From: Epiperipatus broadwayi
Lineage: Eukaryota > Animalia > Onychophora
Direction: 5' to 3'
DNA length: 64,000 bases
Assembly (NCBI GenBank): GCA_028023455.1
Contig: JAQFVV010000010.1
Location: 12,710,001 to 12,774,000 of the forward strand
A program made the translations under genes and the position numbers. Within the stretch, counting starts at the first letter, position 1. Each line of letters begins with the position of its first letter. This document shows, one piece after another, positions 63,130 to 64,000 of the stretch. The notes below the pieces were generated by a model. The model searched no databases. It saw only the letters and a program-made list of their open reading frames with translations, and was not told where the DNA came from.

Positions 63130-64000
63130 GATAGGCAGGTGGGCGACATTTACGGCAAAGTCCCTTTTCTTCCTGATCGTCAGTCGCATTCAATCTGGGA
63201 TGCTGTATCATGATTTCATCTGAAACTTCCTCTGCTTCCTCACCTAACTCTATGAGGTCTTCTGCCCTATCTTTATTAACTATGTTATGATTCTTGAGTG
63301 GATCTTCATCTCAAGTTCCCATATTATAGTCGAAGTTTACTTCGGTCCAGTTTTTTCGGCTGTGATTTATGTGCCAACAGTAGCTTGCCCCTGATTTGGT
63401 TTGGATTTCAACAATTTGGTCTGAAATAATCCTAGTTATACCATCTGTCCATGTCTTGTGTAGTGTATCACGTACCCATATGTTGTCCCTGGCAGCATAA
63501 GTATTTTTTGATTGTTGGTGATTTTCCATGGTCAGGCATCAGAATGGACAGCTTGTTACACAATTTCCTGCCCATCAATATTTCTGTTGGTGATTTCACA
63601 GTGGATGTGGTCAGTGGAATATGTTGGTGCAGCATTGCAATGTTTAGTGCCTTGTATAGATTGGTTTTATTTAATCTATTTAATACTAGTTTTGAATGCT
63701 GGATGGCCTTTTCTGCAATCCCATTGGATTCCGGGTGATACGGAGAACGGGGGTGATTTATTCCCCATTCTTTTACAAACGACTCGAATTTGTCGGAAGT
63801 AAAAGCAGTCCCATTGTCTGAAACCAAAACTTCTGGTGATCCCTGGTGTGCAAATATTTTGCTTAGAATACAAATAGTTTCTGCTGAACTAGTATTTTTG
63901 GTTATCTAGTATTCTGCCTATTTTGAGCCAGCATCTATCAATACTAAAATTATTTTACATTTATTGGTCCAGCATGGTCTATGTAGACCTGGCTTCAAGG
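63130..64000 (-). mobile_element. Gypsy integrase C-terminal relic, continuing beyond the window
   Basis: VSDNGTAFTS..F..F...WGI.H..SPYHPESNGIAEKA..., then TVKSPTEILMGR and IWVRD motifs. Confidence 0.85.

Overview
AT-rich eukaryotic (invertebrate-like) DNA, not prokaryotic. The only recognisable host gene is a + strand LETMD1-like gene. Three small phase-compatible coding exons (11425-11573, 35591-35703, 50073-50155) are separated by introns of about 24 kb and 14 kb, and the first and later exons were not found. Almost everything else is nested transposable-element material: three decayed Ty3/Gypsy elements, two non-autonomous LTR elements with intact termini, four large solo LTRs with NTAT target duplications, an inverted Penelope-like (GIY-YIG) insertion, three families of hammerhead-ribozyme repeats, Tigger/pogo, piggyBac, hAT and RTE relics, a tRNA-derived retroposon, palindromes and a higher-order satellite. 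The strongest finding is a 2.7-kb LTR element (16404-19091). Its single open ORF fuses Gag and protease in frame to about 175 aa resembling the centriolar protein CEP83, which sits where RT, RNase H and integrase should be. This looks like a retrovirus-style host-gene transduction. Also notable are hammerheads with atypical cores, including an A3-U8 covariant, and a 70-bp-periodic array of CTCF-like motifs in a gag-only LTR element. All family and homology assignments are from recall and manual alignment; no database search was run.
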